Of a DNA stretch of 64,000 nucleotides, positions 46,969-55,694 are shown in pieces. The notes below the pieces were generated by a model. It saw only the letters and a program-made list of their open reading frames with translations, did no database searches and was not told the origin of the DNA. Both the position numbers and the translations under genes were made by a program. Position 1 is the stretch's first letter. Every line of letters begins with the position of its first letter. The stretch is from positions 1,571-65,570 of the forward strand of contig JALUUO010000018.1 in assembly GCA_027021335.1 (NCBI GenBank), in the 5' to 3' direction. This DNA is from Nitrospirota bacterium. GTDB taxonomy: Bacteria; Nitrospirota; Thermodesulfovibrionia; SZUA-242.

Positions 46969-48660
46969 TTGACTGAAACAGCACAAATAGAATTAAGAAA
47001 AAAGGCAAAGCAGTTTGCCAACACTTTGCCAAAACCGCTTTTTTACCGTAATTACCAGGCCGAAGCTGACAGGTCGACCCGGATTCTTGAGACATCGAGC
47101 CAGCTTGCCGTCTGTAAGAAGTTCATAGGCCAGTCTGCCGAAAACCTTGGACATGGAGTCAAACATGCAATGGCTGTGGCTCGCGACGCAGGCATATTGA
47201 TCCAGGCCGAAGTTGCAGGTCTTAACATTTCGGCCAAGCGCATGGATGATCTTATTCTTATTGTTCAGCTTGCCGCACTGCTGCATGACATAAAAAGAAT
47301 CGAGAAAAACCATGCAGAGGCAGGAGCTGCCGAGGCTATGGTTATACTCAGGAATTTCGATATTTCTAAAGATCAAAAGCAGCGAATAGTTACAGCTATA
47401 AAAAACCATGAAGCCTTTAAGCCAACCGTAAAGCCAGGCGATGCGGAAGGAAAACTTATAAGTGATGTGCTATACGATGCGGATAAATTCAGGTGGGGGC
47501 CTGAAAACTTTACTGACACGTTGTGGCTTATGATGGAATCAGGTAGCGGACCAAGCCTTGAAAACCTGCATCGCCGTTTTCTCCAGAATCTTGAGTACAT
47601 CCGCCGTATTAAGAACACTTTCCGAACCAAGATGGGCAAGCGTTACGGCCCGGAGTTTATTGAGCAGGGAATCGAGATCGGCAAGGCCATCTACAGAGAA
47701 CTTTCTATGATGATGGGCGGCCCAAGGCTGGAGGTTATAACCGACCTGGAGCAGGTACGGGGATGTTGTTCTAAAGCCGGAGTAATAACGCTTGGCAACT
47801 TTGACGGTCTTCACCTAGGGCACCAGGAACTCATACGCCGTGTTGTTAAAAAAGCCGATGAGATTGATGGAACAAGCATAGTTTTCACTTTTCACCCACA
47901 TCCGCTCAAGATCTTGTCTCCGGATACTTGTCCCCCGCTTATCAGTACATACGAGGAAAAAGTGGCTCTGTTTGAAGAAATGGGCATCGACCTGCTTCTT
48001 TTGATTCCTTTTACCGGAGAATTAGCCGCTATGACAGCCTATGACTTTGCAAAAAAGATTCTTAAAGAAACCCTAAATGCCAGTGAAGTCTTTGTCGGTT
48101 TCAATTTCAGGTTCGGCAAAAACCGTGAAGGAAACCTGGAGAGGTTAAGGATGTTCGGAAAAGAGCTTGGATTTAACGTGACCGAGCTTCGCGAGGTAAC
48201 TGTTAAAAACGAAGTTGTAAGCAGTACAAAAATAAGGAGCCTTTTAAGCGCGGGCGACGTAGAACATGCAGGTACGCTTTTGGGCAGACCTTATGCGATA
48301 GCCGGCCGTGTTGTAAGCGGCGACAGAAGGGGCAGAAATCTCGGTTTTCCAACGGCCAACCTGGAGCCGATTCATGAAATCATGCCTTATCCCGGTGTTT
48401 ATGCCGTAAGGGTTTTTGTTGAAGGCAGGCAGTACGATGGAGTGGTTAATGCCGGTTTCCGTCCGACATTTGATAAACACGAGCTCTGCCTTGAGGTCCA
48501 CATATTTGATTTTTCAAAAGATATATATGGAAAGGAGATCATAGTGTTTTTCATTAAAAAAATACGCAATGAAAAGCGGTTTGAATCTCTGTATGCTCTT
48601 GTTGAGCAGATAAAAAAAGATGTTTCGAAAGCAAAAAATATTCTAAGTAAAACAAGATGA
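46969..48660 (+). CDS. ribF: HD-domain / bifunctional riboflavin kinase-FAD synthetase fusion protein
   Basis: The C-terminal ~300 aa are canonical RibF: FAD synthetase GNFDGLHLGHQELI and riboflavin kinase GRVVSGDRRGRNLGFPTANLE. The N-terminal ~260 aa carry HD-domain motifs (GHGVKHAMAVA...LLHDIKR...YDADK). TTG start. Confidence 0.7.
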   Translation: MTETAQIELRKKAKQFANTLPKPLFYRNYQAEADRSTRILETSSQLAVCKKFIGQSAENLGHGVKHAMAVARDAGILIQAEVAGLNISAKRMDDLILIVQLAALLHDIKRIEKNHAEAGAAEAMVILRNFDISKDQKQRIVTAIKNHEAFKPTVKPGDAEGKLISDVLYDADKFRWGPENFTDTLWLMMESGSGPSLENLHRRFLQNLEYIRRIKNTFRTKMGKRYGPEFIEQGIEIGKAIYRELSMMMGGPRLEVITDLEQVRGCCSKAGVITLGNFDGLHLGHQELIRRVVKKADEIDGTSIVFTFHPHPLKILSPDTCPPLISTYEEKVALFEEMGIDLLLLIPFTGELAAMTAYDFAKKILKETLNASEVFVGFNFRFGKNREGNLERLRMFGKELGFNVTELREVTVKNEVVSSTKIRSLLSAGDVEHAGTLLGRPYAIAGRVVSGDRRGRNLGFPTANLEPIHEIMPYPGVYAVRVFVEGRQYDGVVNAGFRPTFDKHELCLEVHIFDFSKDIYGKEIIVFFIKKIRNEKRFESLYALVEQIKKDVSKAKNILSKTR

Positions 48661-49322
48661 TCCGTACTCTGGATAAAGATACCGAAGTGCAGAAAATTAT
48701 GTTTCCTGCCGGATCTGTTTTAGGCTTTGATGAAAACGGAAGACTTTGGCGTTGCCGTATATCAGGCGAGACTCTGATGGAAAACGGCAGAATATACTGC
48801 AAGGCCGGCACCGAGGTGGAATTTCATTCAAACGGCAGTCTTGCCGCCTGCATTCCGGCCAGGGATTTTGCAGCCGGAAAGCTGCATGCCGCAGGAAATT
48901 TTCTTACTTTGTTTTACGAGAACGGCTCTGTTTTCAGGTGTGTTCTTGCAAAAGATGTAAAACTTGGCAGAGTATATCTACTGGCCGGGTCAGAGGTTAC
49001 TCTCTTTAAGGATGGAAGCTTGTCGTCCTATGAAAGAAGTCCTGACGAAGAGTCAGTGACGGAAATAGAAAACGCCTTAAAAATTAACACCCAGGTATGG
49101 CTTTACCCGGGAGGCGCCTTGAAGGCGGGGGTGTTGGGGCAGGATACTGTTATCCATGGCGTTCCTTGCAAAAAAGAAACAATGGTATGGTTTCATGAAA
49201 ACAAGATGCTGGCGGGTTGTACACTCTCATATGATACGACTGTCCGGGAGAGCGACCTTAAAGGCGGTACTGTAGTTTTATTCCACAAAAACGGCTTCTT
49301 AAGAAATAAGTTAAGCGTATAA
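48657..49322 (+). CDS. MORN-variant (YwqK-like) repeat protein
   Basis: Five recurring ~23-aa units of the form F(H/Y/K)xNGxLxxC/Y (FHSNGSLAAC, FYENGSVFRC, FKDGSLSSY, FHENKMLAGC, FHKNGFLRN). Confidence 0.4.
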   Translation: MIRTLDKDTEVQKIMFPAGSVLGFDENGRLWRCRISGETLMENGRIYCKAGTEVEFHSNGSLAACIPARDFAAGKLHAAGNFLTLFYENGSVFRCVLAKDVKLGRVYLLAGSEVTLFKDGSLSSYERSPDEESVTEIENALKINTQVWLYPGGALKAGVLGQDTVIHGVPCKKETMVWFHENKMLAGCTLSYDTTVRESDLKGGTVVLFHKNGFLRNKLSV

Positions 49323-49376
49323 GTACGGATCGGGCAAGAAAGCCGCAAATTAATTGGAGAGGAAGTTTGTTGTTCT

Positions 49377-51044
49377 CTATTTTTCCAGGCTGCTGTACCT
49401 CTGTAATTTTTTGGGCACAAACCATTTTGGCAGGTTGTAGCCGATGCCGATAGGGCTTGGTTTTATGCCCTGGACGCGTGCGTGAATGATCGGCAGGGCG
49501 TCGGGAACGTACAGAAAGATGTAAGGCAACTCTTCTGCAAGAATCTCTTGTACTTGGAAATACGCCTTTTTTCTCTCTTCAATATCAAAGGTCCGCCTTC
49601 CCTGTTCCAGCAGGTTGTCGACCTCGGGATTTGAGTAGCTTACGAAGTTGAACTCTTTTTCCCCTGTTTTTGAAGAGTGCCATATGTCGTACTGATCTGG
49701 ATCGAGCCCGATCGACCAGCCGAGCATTACAGCATCAAAGCGGCGCTTATCAATGAATTCGTTTATAAAGGTGGACCACTCCAGAAATTTAAGGTTTGCC
49801 TTTACTCCGATGTCTTTCAGGCGTTGTTGGATGATTACGGCTGTTTTTTCACGAATATCATTGCCTATGTTGGATAAGATCGTAAACTCGAAAGGCATGC
49901 CATTTCGTTCCACCATGCCGTCGCCGTTTGTGTCTTGCCAGCCGGCCTCGGACAGAAGCCTTCGGGCCTTTTCCGGATCGAATTCATACTGTTTAACCGT
50001 CTTGTTGTAAGGCCATGTGTTTGGTACATAAGGTCCGGTTGCCGGCCGACCCAGCCCGAAAAGAACAGCAGATATTATCTCGTCTTTATCAATTGCATGG
50101 GCAAAAGCCCGGCGGACCTGGATGTTTTTGAACCAGGAGTTTTGCAGGTTGAATCCGAGGTATGTATAGCTGAATACAGGATAGCGGTATTTTCTGAAGT
50201 TCTGCCTGAATGTTTTGGTGTCTGTCTGCCTGGTGTACTGGAGAGGGGAAAGGCCCATGTAGTCCAGACCACCGGCCTTAAGCTCCAGAAATCTTGTGGC
50301 CGGGTCCGGGATAATCCGGTAGATGATCCGGTCGATGTAGGGACGTCCCTCAAAGTAATTATGATTTGATTCCAGAGCGAGCTTGGCCCCTTCTTCCCAC
50401 TCTTTAAGAATGTAGGGACCAAGGCCGACGGGATCTCTTCTATACGGGATTTTTGTTATGTCTTTGCCTTCAAGAAGGTGCTTGGGTAAAACCACCAGGC
50501 TGCCCCAGCTTGACAGGGCAGGCGCAAAAGGCTTGCTGTAAGTCACCCGAAAGGTATATGGATCAAGAACTTCGGCTGTTTTAACCTGAAGATAGTCTTC
50601 CTTATAGGCGGTGGGGGTTTTTTCATCTATTATGGTTTGATAGCCAAAAAGCACATCTTCGGCAGTAAAAGGCTTGCCGTCGGCCCAGCGCACGTCTTTT
50701 CTTAAATGAAAGACGATTTCGAGGCCGTCCTCGGAGATCTCCCAGGACTTGGCCAGGTCCCCAATGATTTTTAGGTCTGTATCGTACTTTACCAGGCCGT
50801 TAAAGATCAGTCCGGCTACTTCGTGTGAGGCGCTGTCACCGGCAAGCATGGGTATCAGCACCGAGGGTCGTCCGGACATGGCCTGGATAAGGGTTCCCCC
50901 GTAATCCGGTTCGTAAACAGCATCTTTGGCAGCACTGCCGTCAGTGGCTTCTTCAAGCGTCTCCGGCTTATCCTGACAGGAATAAACAGTGGTTAAAAGA
51001 ATCAGCGATATTAAAAAAATAAGCGCTTTATTTATAAATATCAA
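49377..51044 (-). CDS. ABC transporter substrate-binding lipoprotein, family 5 (peptide/nickel/opine type)
   Basis: Signal plus lipobox VYSCQD. 555 aa with the cluster-C SBP size and pattern. No permease or ATPase genes adjacent. Confidence 0.6.
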   Translation of the reverse strand: MIFINKALIFLISLILLTTVYSCQDKPETLEEATDGSAAKDAVYEPDYGGTLIQAMSGRPSVLIPMLAGDSASHEVAGLIFNGLVKYDTDLKIIGDLAKSWEISEDGLEIVFHLRKDVRWADGKPFTAEDVLFGYQTIIDEKTPTAYKEDYLQVKTAEVLDPYTFRVTYSKPFAPALSSWGSLVVLPKHLLEGKDITKIPYRRDPVGLGPYILKEWEEGAKLALESNHNYFEGRPYIDRIIYRIIPDPATRFLELKAGGLDYMGLSPLQYTRQTDTKTFRQNFRKYRYPVFSYTYLGFNLQNSWFKNIQVRRAFAHAIDKDEIISAVLFGLGRPATGPYVPNTWPYNKTVKQYEFDPEKARRLLSEAGWQDTNGDGMVERNGMPFEFTILSNIGNDIREKTAVIIQQRLKDIGVKANLKFLEWSTFINEFIDKRRFDAVMLGWSIGLDPDQYDIWHSSKTGEKEFNFVSYSNPEVDNLLEQGRRTFDIEERKKAYFQVQEILAEELPYIFLYVPDALPIIHARVQGIKPSPIGIGYNLPKWFVPKKLQRYSSLEK

Positions 51045-51099
51045 TAGAATATCTCTCCATTTTCTGAATTTAATGTCTGTTCAGCGCGATTTTTTAAGC

Positions 51100-51130
51100 T
51101 TGACCACGTCTAGAAGTTATATTATATAAT
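51100..51130 (+). promoter_or_regulatory. sigma70-like promoter upstream of htpG (TTGACC-N17-TATATA / N19-TATAAT)
   Basis: cttgaccacgtctagaagttatattatataat, about 40 bp upstream of the htpG ATG. No CIRCE element seen. Confidence 0.35.
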
Positions 51131-51169
51131 CTTTCCAGAATCCAAATATTACCATATTAAGGAGAATAA

Positions 51170-53083
51170 ATGACTGACACAATGCACGAGGAAAAATTTG
51201 AGTTCCAGACGGAGATAAAACAGCTTCTCCATCTTCTGGTGTTTTCTCTGTACACAAAAAAGGATGTTTTTGTACGTGAACTTGTATCAAATGCCTCTGA
51301 CGCGCTTGATAAGATGCGCTTTTTAAATCTTACAAGTCCGGAGGCCGGGGGAAAAGACATACCCCTGGAAATCAGGATCGAGATTGATGATAAACATAAA
51401 ATCATCTCGATCACAGATACAGGCATTGGTATGACCAGGGCTGAGCTGGCTCAGAACCTGGGTACTATCGCCAGGTCCGGCTCCATGGAGTTTCTTAAGC
51501 AGCTTGCTGAAAAAAAGCAGGATGATGACCTTAACCTTATAGGTCAGTTTGGGGTTGGGTTTTACTCCGTATTTATGGTTGCCTCCGAGGTTCGTGTGCT
51601 TTCTAAATCGTATCTGAAGGACGAACCTGCCCAGATGTGGACATCTACCGGTGAAGGCGGCTACACGATTCGGGATGTCGAGATGGATAAGCGCGGCACC
51701 AGGATAGAGATTCAGCTTAAAGACGATACTGCCGAGTTCGCTGATGCGGCCAGGATCGAGGGGATCATCAAAAAGTACTCCAACTTTGTCCCCTACCCGA
51801 TCTATGTTGGTGAAAAAGAGGCAAACCAGGTGTCCGCTTTATGGACAAAACCCAGGAGCGAAATCTCGGATGATGAGTACGAGGAGTTTTACAAGTTTCT
51901 GACCAACTCATTCGAGGGCCCGGCTACAACTCTGCACCTTGCCAGCGATGCGCCTTTATCGTTTAAGTCCATACTGTTTCTGCCCAAGACCAACCTGGAA
52001 AAACTCGGTATGGGCAAGTTGGAGCACGGGCCGGATCTTTACGCTAAAAAAGTTCTTATTCAGCATAACTGCAAAGACCTTGTTCCCGACTATCTTCGGT
52101 TTGTCCGCGGTGTGATCGATTCCGAGGATATCACGCTTAATGTATCAAGAGAGACGGTCCAGGATAATGCCGTTCTGCGCAGAATCAGCAGGCATATTGT
52201 AAAAAAACTCCTGGAACACATGGCAGACATTCTTGCCGGCCGGAGAGATGATTATATTAAGTTTTACAAGGAGTTCGGCCGCATATTAAAGGAGGGGGTT
52301 GCTACTGATTATGATAACAGGCAGAGGCTTGCAAAACTCCTGCTTTTTAACTCCTCATCGTCAAAGGATCGTGAAGAGCTTATTACCCTGAATGAATACA
52401 TGGATCGTATGCAGGATGGACAAGAGGCCATATACTACCTTGTGGGTTCCGACCGTTCGGTTCTGGATGTAAGTCCTCACCTGGAGATGTTCCGCAAAAA
52501 GAATGTTGAGGTGCTTTATCTTTACGACCCTGTGGATGATTTCGTTCTGTCGCAAATAGGCGAGTTCGAAAAGAAACCTCTTAAGTCGGCGGATCAGGCA
52601 TCCCCTGATGACCTGAAAAATATTAAGTCAGGCAAGGATGAAGAGAAGGAACGGAAGGAAAAAAAGCCCGAGACCCTGGCATTTGAGTCTGCCTTTGACG
52701 CACTTATTGCAAGGTTTAAAGATGTTCTGGGCGATAGGGTTCTGGATGTGAAGGCGTCTGAGCGGCTTGCCGAGAGCCCTTGTATCCTTGTGATGCCGGG
52801 TGGTGGGGGTGGTCCCAGCATACAGGTGCAGAAGGCTATGAGTATGATCGATAGCAACTTCCAGATGGCAAAAAGGGTTCTTGAAGTTAACAAAGATAAT
52901 CCACTTGTAAGAAATTTGGTCTCCATCAATAAGAATGATCCCAGTTCCCCCTTGGTGACTGAATGCTGCGAGCAACTCTTCGAAAACGCAATGCTGATGG
53001 AGGGTATTCTGCCCGATCCCTCCAAGATGGTGCCACGAATCCAGAAAATCATGGAGGCGGCATCAAGTCAGGTAAAGAGCTGA
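51170..53083 (+). CDS. htpG: molecular chaperone HtpG (Hsp90)
   Basis: EIKQLLHLLVFSLYTKKDVFVRELVSNASDALDKMRF is the Hsp90 N-terminal ATPase signature; 637 aa. Confidence 0.9.
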   Translation: MTDTMHEEKFEFQTEIKQLLHLLVFSLYTKKDVFVRELVSNASDALDKMRFLNLTSPEAGGKDIPLEIRIEIDDKHKIISITDTGIGMTRAELAQNLGTIARSGSMEFLKQLAEKKQDDDLNLIGQFGVGFYSVFMVASEVRVLSKSYLKDEPAQMWTSTGEGGYTIRDVEMDKRGTRIEIQLKDDTAEFADAARIEGIIKKYSNFVPYPIYVGEKEANQVSALWTKPRSEISDDEYEEFYKFLTNSFEGPATTLHLASDAPLSFKSILFLPKTNLEKLGMGKLEHGPDLYAKKVLIQHNCKDLVPDYLRFVRGVIDSEDITLNVSRETVQDNAVLRRISRHIVKKLLEHMADILAGRRDDYIKFYKEFGRILKEGVATDYDNRQRLAKLLLFNSSSSKDREELITLNEYMDRMQDGQEAIYYLVGSDRSVLDVSPHLEMFRKKNVEVLYLYDPVDDFVLSQIGEFEKKPLKSADQASPDDLKNIKSGKDEEKERKEKKPETLAFESAFDALIARFKDVLGDRVLDVKASERLAESPCILVMPGGGGGPSIQVQKAMSMIDSNFQMAKRVLEVNKDNPLVRNLVSINKNDPSSPLVTECCEQLFENAMLMEGILPDPSKMVPRIQKIMEAASSQVKS

Positions 53084-53111
53084 GAGATGTCGCCTATCTT
53101 TACAATGCCTG

Positions 53112-53120
53112 TGATATAAT
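53112..53120 (+). promoter_or_regulatory. extended -10 promoter element (TGaTATAAT) upstream of galT-glgA
   Basis: tgtgatataat, about 120 bp upstream of the galT ATG. AAGGAGGG RBS at 53223-53230. Confidence 0.3.
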
Positions 53121-53241
53121 GGACCTCAATCATACGAAAGGGTTAATAGCTGAAGGAGGGGCATGGTCTGATTGCTCACCACCTTTTGCCTTTAGCTCTT
53201 AGCTTTAACCTATCTCTTCACTAAGGAGGGTATTTCTTGTT

Positions 53242-54240
53242 ATGCCTGAACTCCGTAAAGACCCTATCATAGGCAGGTGGGTGATAATCTCTATTGAACG
53301 GGGCAAGCGCCCGTCTGATTTCTCTACCCGCACCCCCAGGAAAAAGGGCGGTTTTTGTCCTTTTTGCCATGGTAATGAATACACAACTCCGGCCGAGATC
53401 ATGGCTTTTCGGCCGGAAGGCAGTCCGCCCAACTCCAGTAACTGGAGTCTCCGCGTGGTTCCGAATAAGTTTCCAGCGCTCCATGTTGAGGGAATGCTTG
53501 AGAGAGTAGGAGAGGGTGTCTACGACATGATGAGCGGTATAGGTGCGCACGAGGTGGTTATAGAGTCTCCTGTACACGAGGAAACCCTTGCTACTATGCC
53601 GCTTAAATCGGTAGAGAATGTTCTATGGACGTTCCATCTCCGAATGAGTGATTTAAAGAAGGACAAGCGGCTTAAGTACGTTTTAATATTTAAAAACGAG
53701 GGGGAAGTCGCCGGCGCCACGCTGGAACATACTCATTCTCAGCTTATCGCACTGCCTATTGTACCGTCCCTCGTAAAGGAAGAGATGGAGGGGGCCAGGG
53801 GGTACTACAACTACAAGGAACGGTGCATCTACTGTGATATCGTAAGGCAGGAACTAGAAACAGGGGCCCGCGTGGTATGGGAGAATAAAAATTTTATTGC
53901 GCTTTCGCCTTATGCTCCAAGAGTGCCTTTTGAAACATGGATTCTTCCTAAACAGCATGAGTCGCACTTTGACTATGCTTATGAAGGCAAATATGCCGGT
54001 CTTGCAGAGATCCTTCAGCAGTCTTTGCGCAGAATAGACAAAACATTGGACAATCCACCTTACAATTTTGTTATCCATACATCCCCTTTCACCAACGAGG
54101 TTAACGACTATTATCATTGGCATATAGAAATTATGCCTAAGCTTACAAAGCTTGCCGGCTTCGAGTGGGGTTCCGGTTTTCATATAAACCCTACGCCGCC
54201 CGAGGAGGCGGCCAAATTTCTTCGCGACGCCAGGATATGA
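53242..54240 (+). CDS. galT: GalT-family (HIT branch III) hexose-1-phosphate nucleotidyltransferase; by context possibly ADP-glucose-specific rather than a classical UDP-glucose GalT
   Basis: MPELRKDPIIGRWVIISIERGKRPSDF...FCPFCHGNE zinc-site N-terminus. Active site HTHSQL (HxHxQ) rather than the HPH of E. coli GalT. 332 aa. Overlaps glgA by 4 nt. Confidence 0.65.
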   Translation: MPELRKDPIIGRWVIISIERGKRPSDFSTRTPRKKGGFCPFCHGNEYTTPAEIMAFRPEGSPPNSSNWSLRVVPNKFPALHVEGMLERVGEGVYDMMSGIGAHEVVIESPVHEETLATMPLKSVENVLWTFHLRMSDLKKDKRLKYVLIFKNEGEVAGATLEHTHSQLIALPIVPSLVKEEMEGARGYYNYKERCIYCDIVRQELETGARVVWENKNFIALSPYAPRVPFETWILPKQHESHFDYAYEGKYAGLAEILQQSLRRIDKTLDNPPYNFVIHTSPFTNEVNDYYHWHIEIMPKLTKLAGFEWGSGFHINPTPPEEAAKFLRDARI

Positions 54241-55694
54241 AAATTCTGCTTGTTGCATCCGAGTCGGTTCCTTATGCAAAAACCGGCGGGCTGGCGGATG
54301 TGGTCGGAGCGCTTGGCGTGGAGTTCCGGAAGCAGGGCGTTGAAGCCTCGGTTATACTGCCGCTTTATCGCACGGTCAGGCAAAGGTTCAAGCTTAAGCT
54401 GCTTAGTGTCAGATTTTCGATCCGTCTTGGCAGCAGCATGGAAGCAGGAAGGGTTTGGCAGGCTGTTGGGACAGAAGAAAACCTGCCGGTATACTTTATA
54501 GAAAACGACCGGTTTTTCGATCGTGACGGCCTTTACGGCAGCCATGCCGGTGATTACCTGGACAATGCATCTCGTTTTATCTTTTTTTCCCGTGGAGTTC
54601 TGGAAACGGTCCGCAGATTAAAGCTATCTCCTGATGTGATACATTGCAATGACTGGCAGACCGGGCTTGTACCTTTGTATATGAAAACCCTGTACCGGCA
54701 TTACATGGGTAATACAGCCTCGGTCTTTACGATTCACAACCTGGGCTATCAGGGCAGGTTCTGGCATCTGGATATGCCGCTTCTTGGGTTAGGATGGGAG
54801 CCTTTTAATATGGAAGGGCTCGAGTTTTACGGCAAGATAAATTTCATGAAAGCCGGTATTGTTTATTCCGATAAGATTACGACGGTAAGCTCCGGCTATT
54901 CACGCGAAATTCTTACAGAAAAGCATGGGTTTGGATTGCACGGTATTCTTCGTAAAAGAAGGGCTGACCTAAGCGGTATTTTAAATGCAATAGATACATC
55001 CAAATGGAACCCTGCCACCGATCCATGCCTTACGGCCGGCTACAGCCTTGACGATATGACCGGAAAACAAGCATGCAAGGCCGCATTGCAGCGAGAATGC
55101 GGTTTTAGACCCTTGAAAAGAAAACCGCTTGTTGGCTTGGTTACACGCCTGTCAGAACAGAAAGGGACCGATTTGATCGTTGCCACTGCTAACAGACTGC
55201 TTAAAAAAGGTGAGATACAAATGGTTGTGCTGGGTGCAGGAGACGAGCCTATTGAGCAGGAGATGCTCAAGCTTATGAATAGTTACAAAAAAAGTTTGCA
55301 TGTGAAGATTGGTTTTGACGAGGATTTTGCGCATCGCATATACGGTGGTGCGGATATATTTTTTATGCCGTCCAGGTACGAGCCATGCGGACTTGGGCAG
55401 ATGATAGCCATGCGTTACGGAACAGTGCCGGTGGCGCGTAAGACGGGAGGGTTGGCAGATACGGTGATCGAAAAGGGAAGCCGGCAGAATGGCTACTTGT
55501 TTACCGCTTCCACTGCCCGCTCGTTTTTTGCAGCAGTAAATCGTGCTCTTAATGGCTTCCGCAGGCCGGCGCACTGGAAGATGGTGGTCCGAAATGGAAT
55601 GTCTATTGACTTTTCATGGTCCGGGCGCGTGCGGCAGTATCTGGAACTTTACGAAAAAACACTTTCTGCAACCAGACGGATCCATGACACTTAA
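54237..55694 (+). CDS. glgA: glycogen (starch) synthase, ADP-glucose type
   Basis: MKILLVASESVPYAKTGGLADVVGALG (KTGGL motif), GT-B fold, and C-terminal RYEPCGLGQMIAMRYGTVPV. Start chosen at the internal ATG overlapping the galT stop. Confidence 0.85.
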   Translation: MKILLVASESVPYAKTGGLADVVGALGVEFRKQGVEASVILPLYRTVRQRFKLKLLSVRFSIRLGSSMEAGRVWQAVGTEENLPVYFIENDRFFDRDGLYGSHAGDYLDNASRFIFFSRGVLETVRRLKLSPDVIHCNDWQTGLVPLYMKTLYRHYMGNTASVFTIHNLGYQGRFWHLDMPLLGLGWEPFNMEGLEFYGKINFMKAGIVYSDKITTVSSGYSREILTEKHGFGLHGILRKRRADLSGILNAIDTSKWNPATDPCLTAGYSLDDMTGKQACKAALQRECGFRPLKRKPLVGLVTRLSEQKGTDLIVATANRLLKKGEIQMVVLGAGDEPIEQEMLKLMNSYKKSLHVKIGFDEDFAHRIYGGADIFFMPSRYEPCGLGQMIAMRYGTVPVARKTGGLADTVIEKGSRQNGYLFTASTARSFFAAVNRALNGFRRPAHWKMVVRNGMSIDFSWSGRVRQYLELYEKTLSATRRIHDT

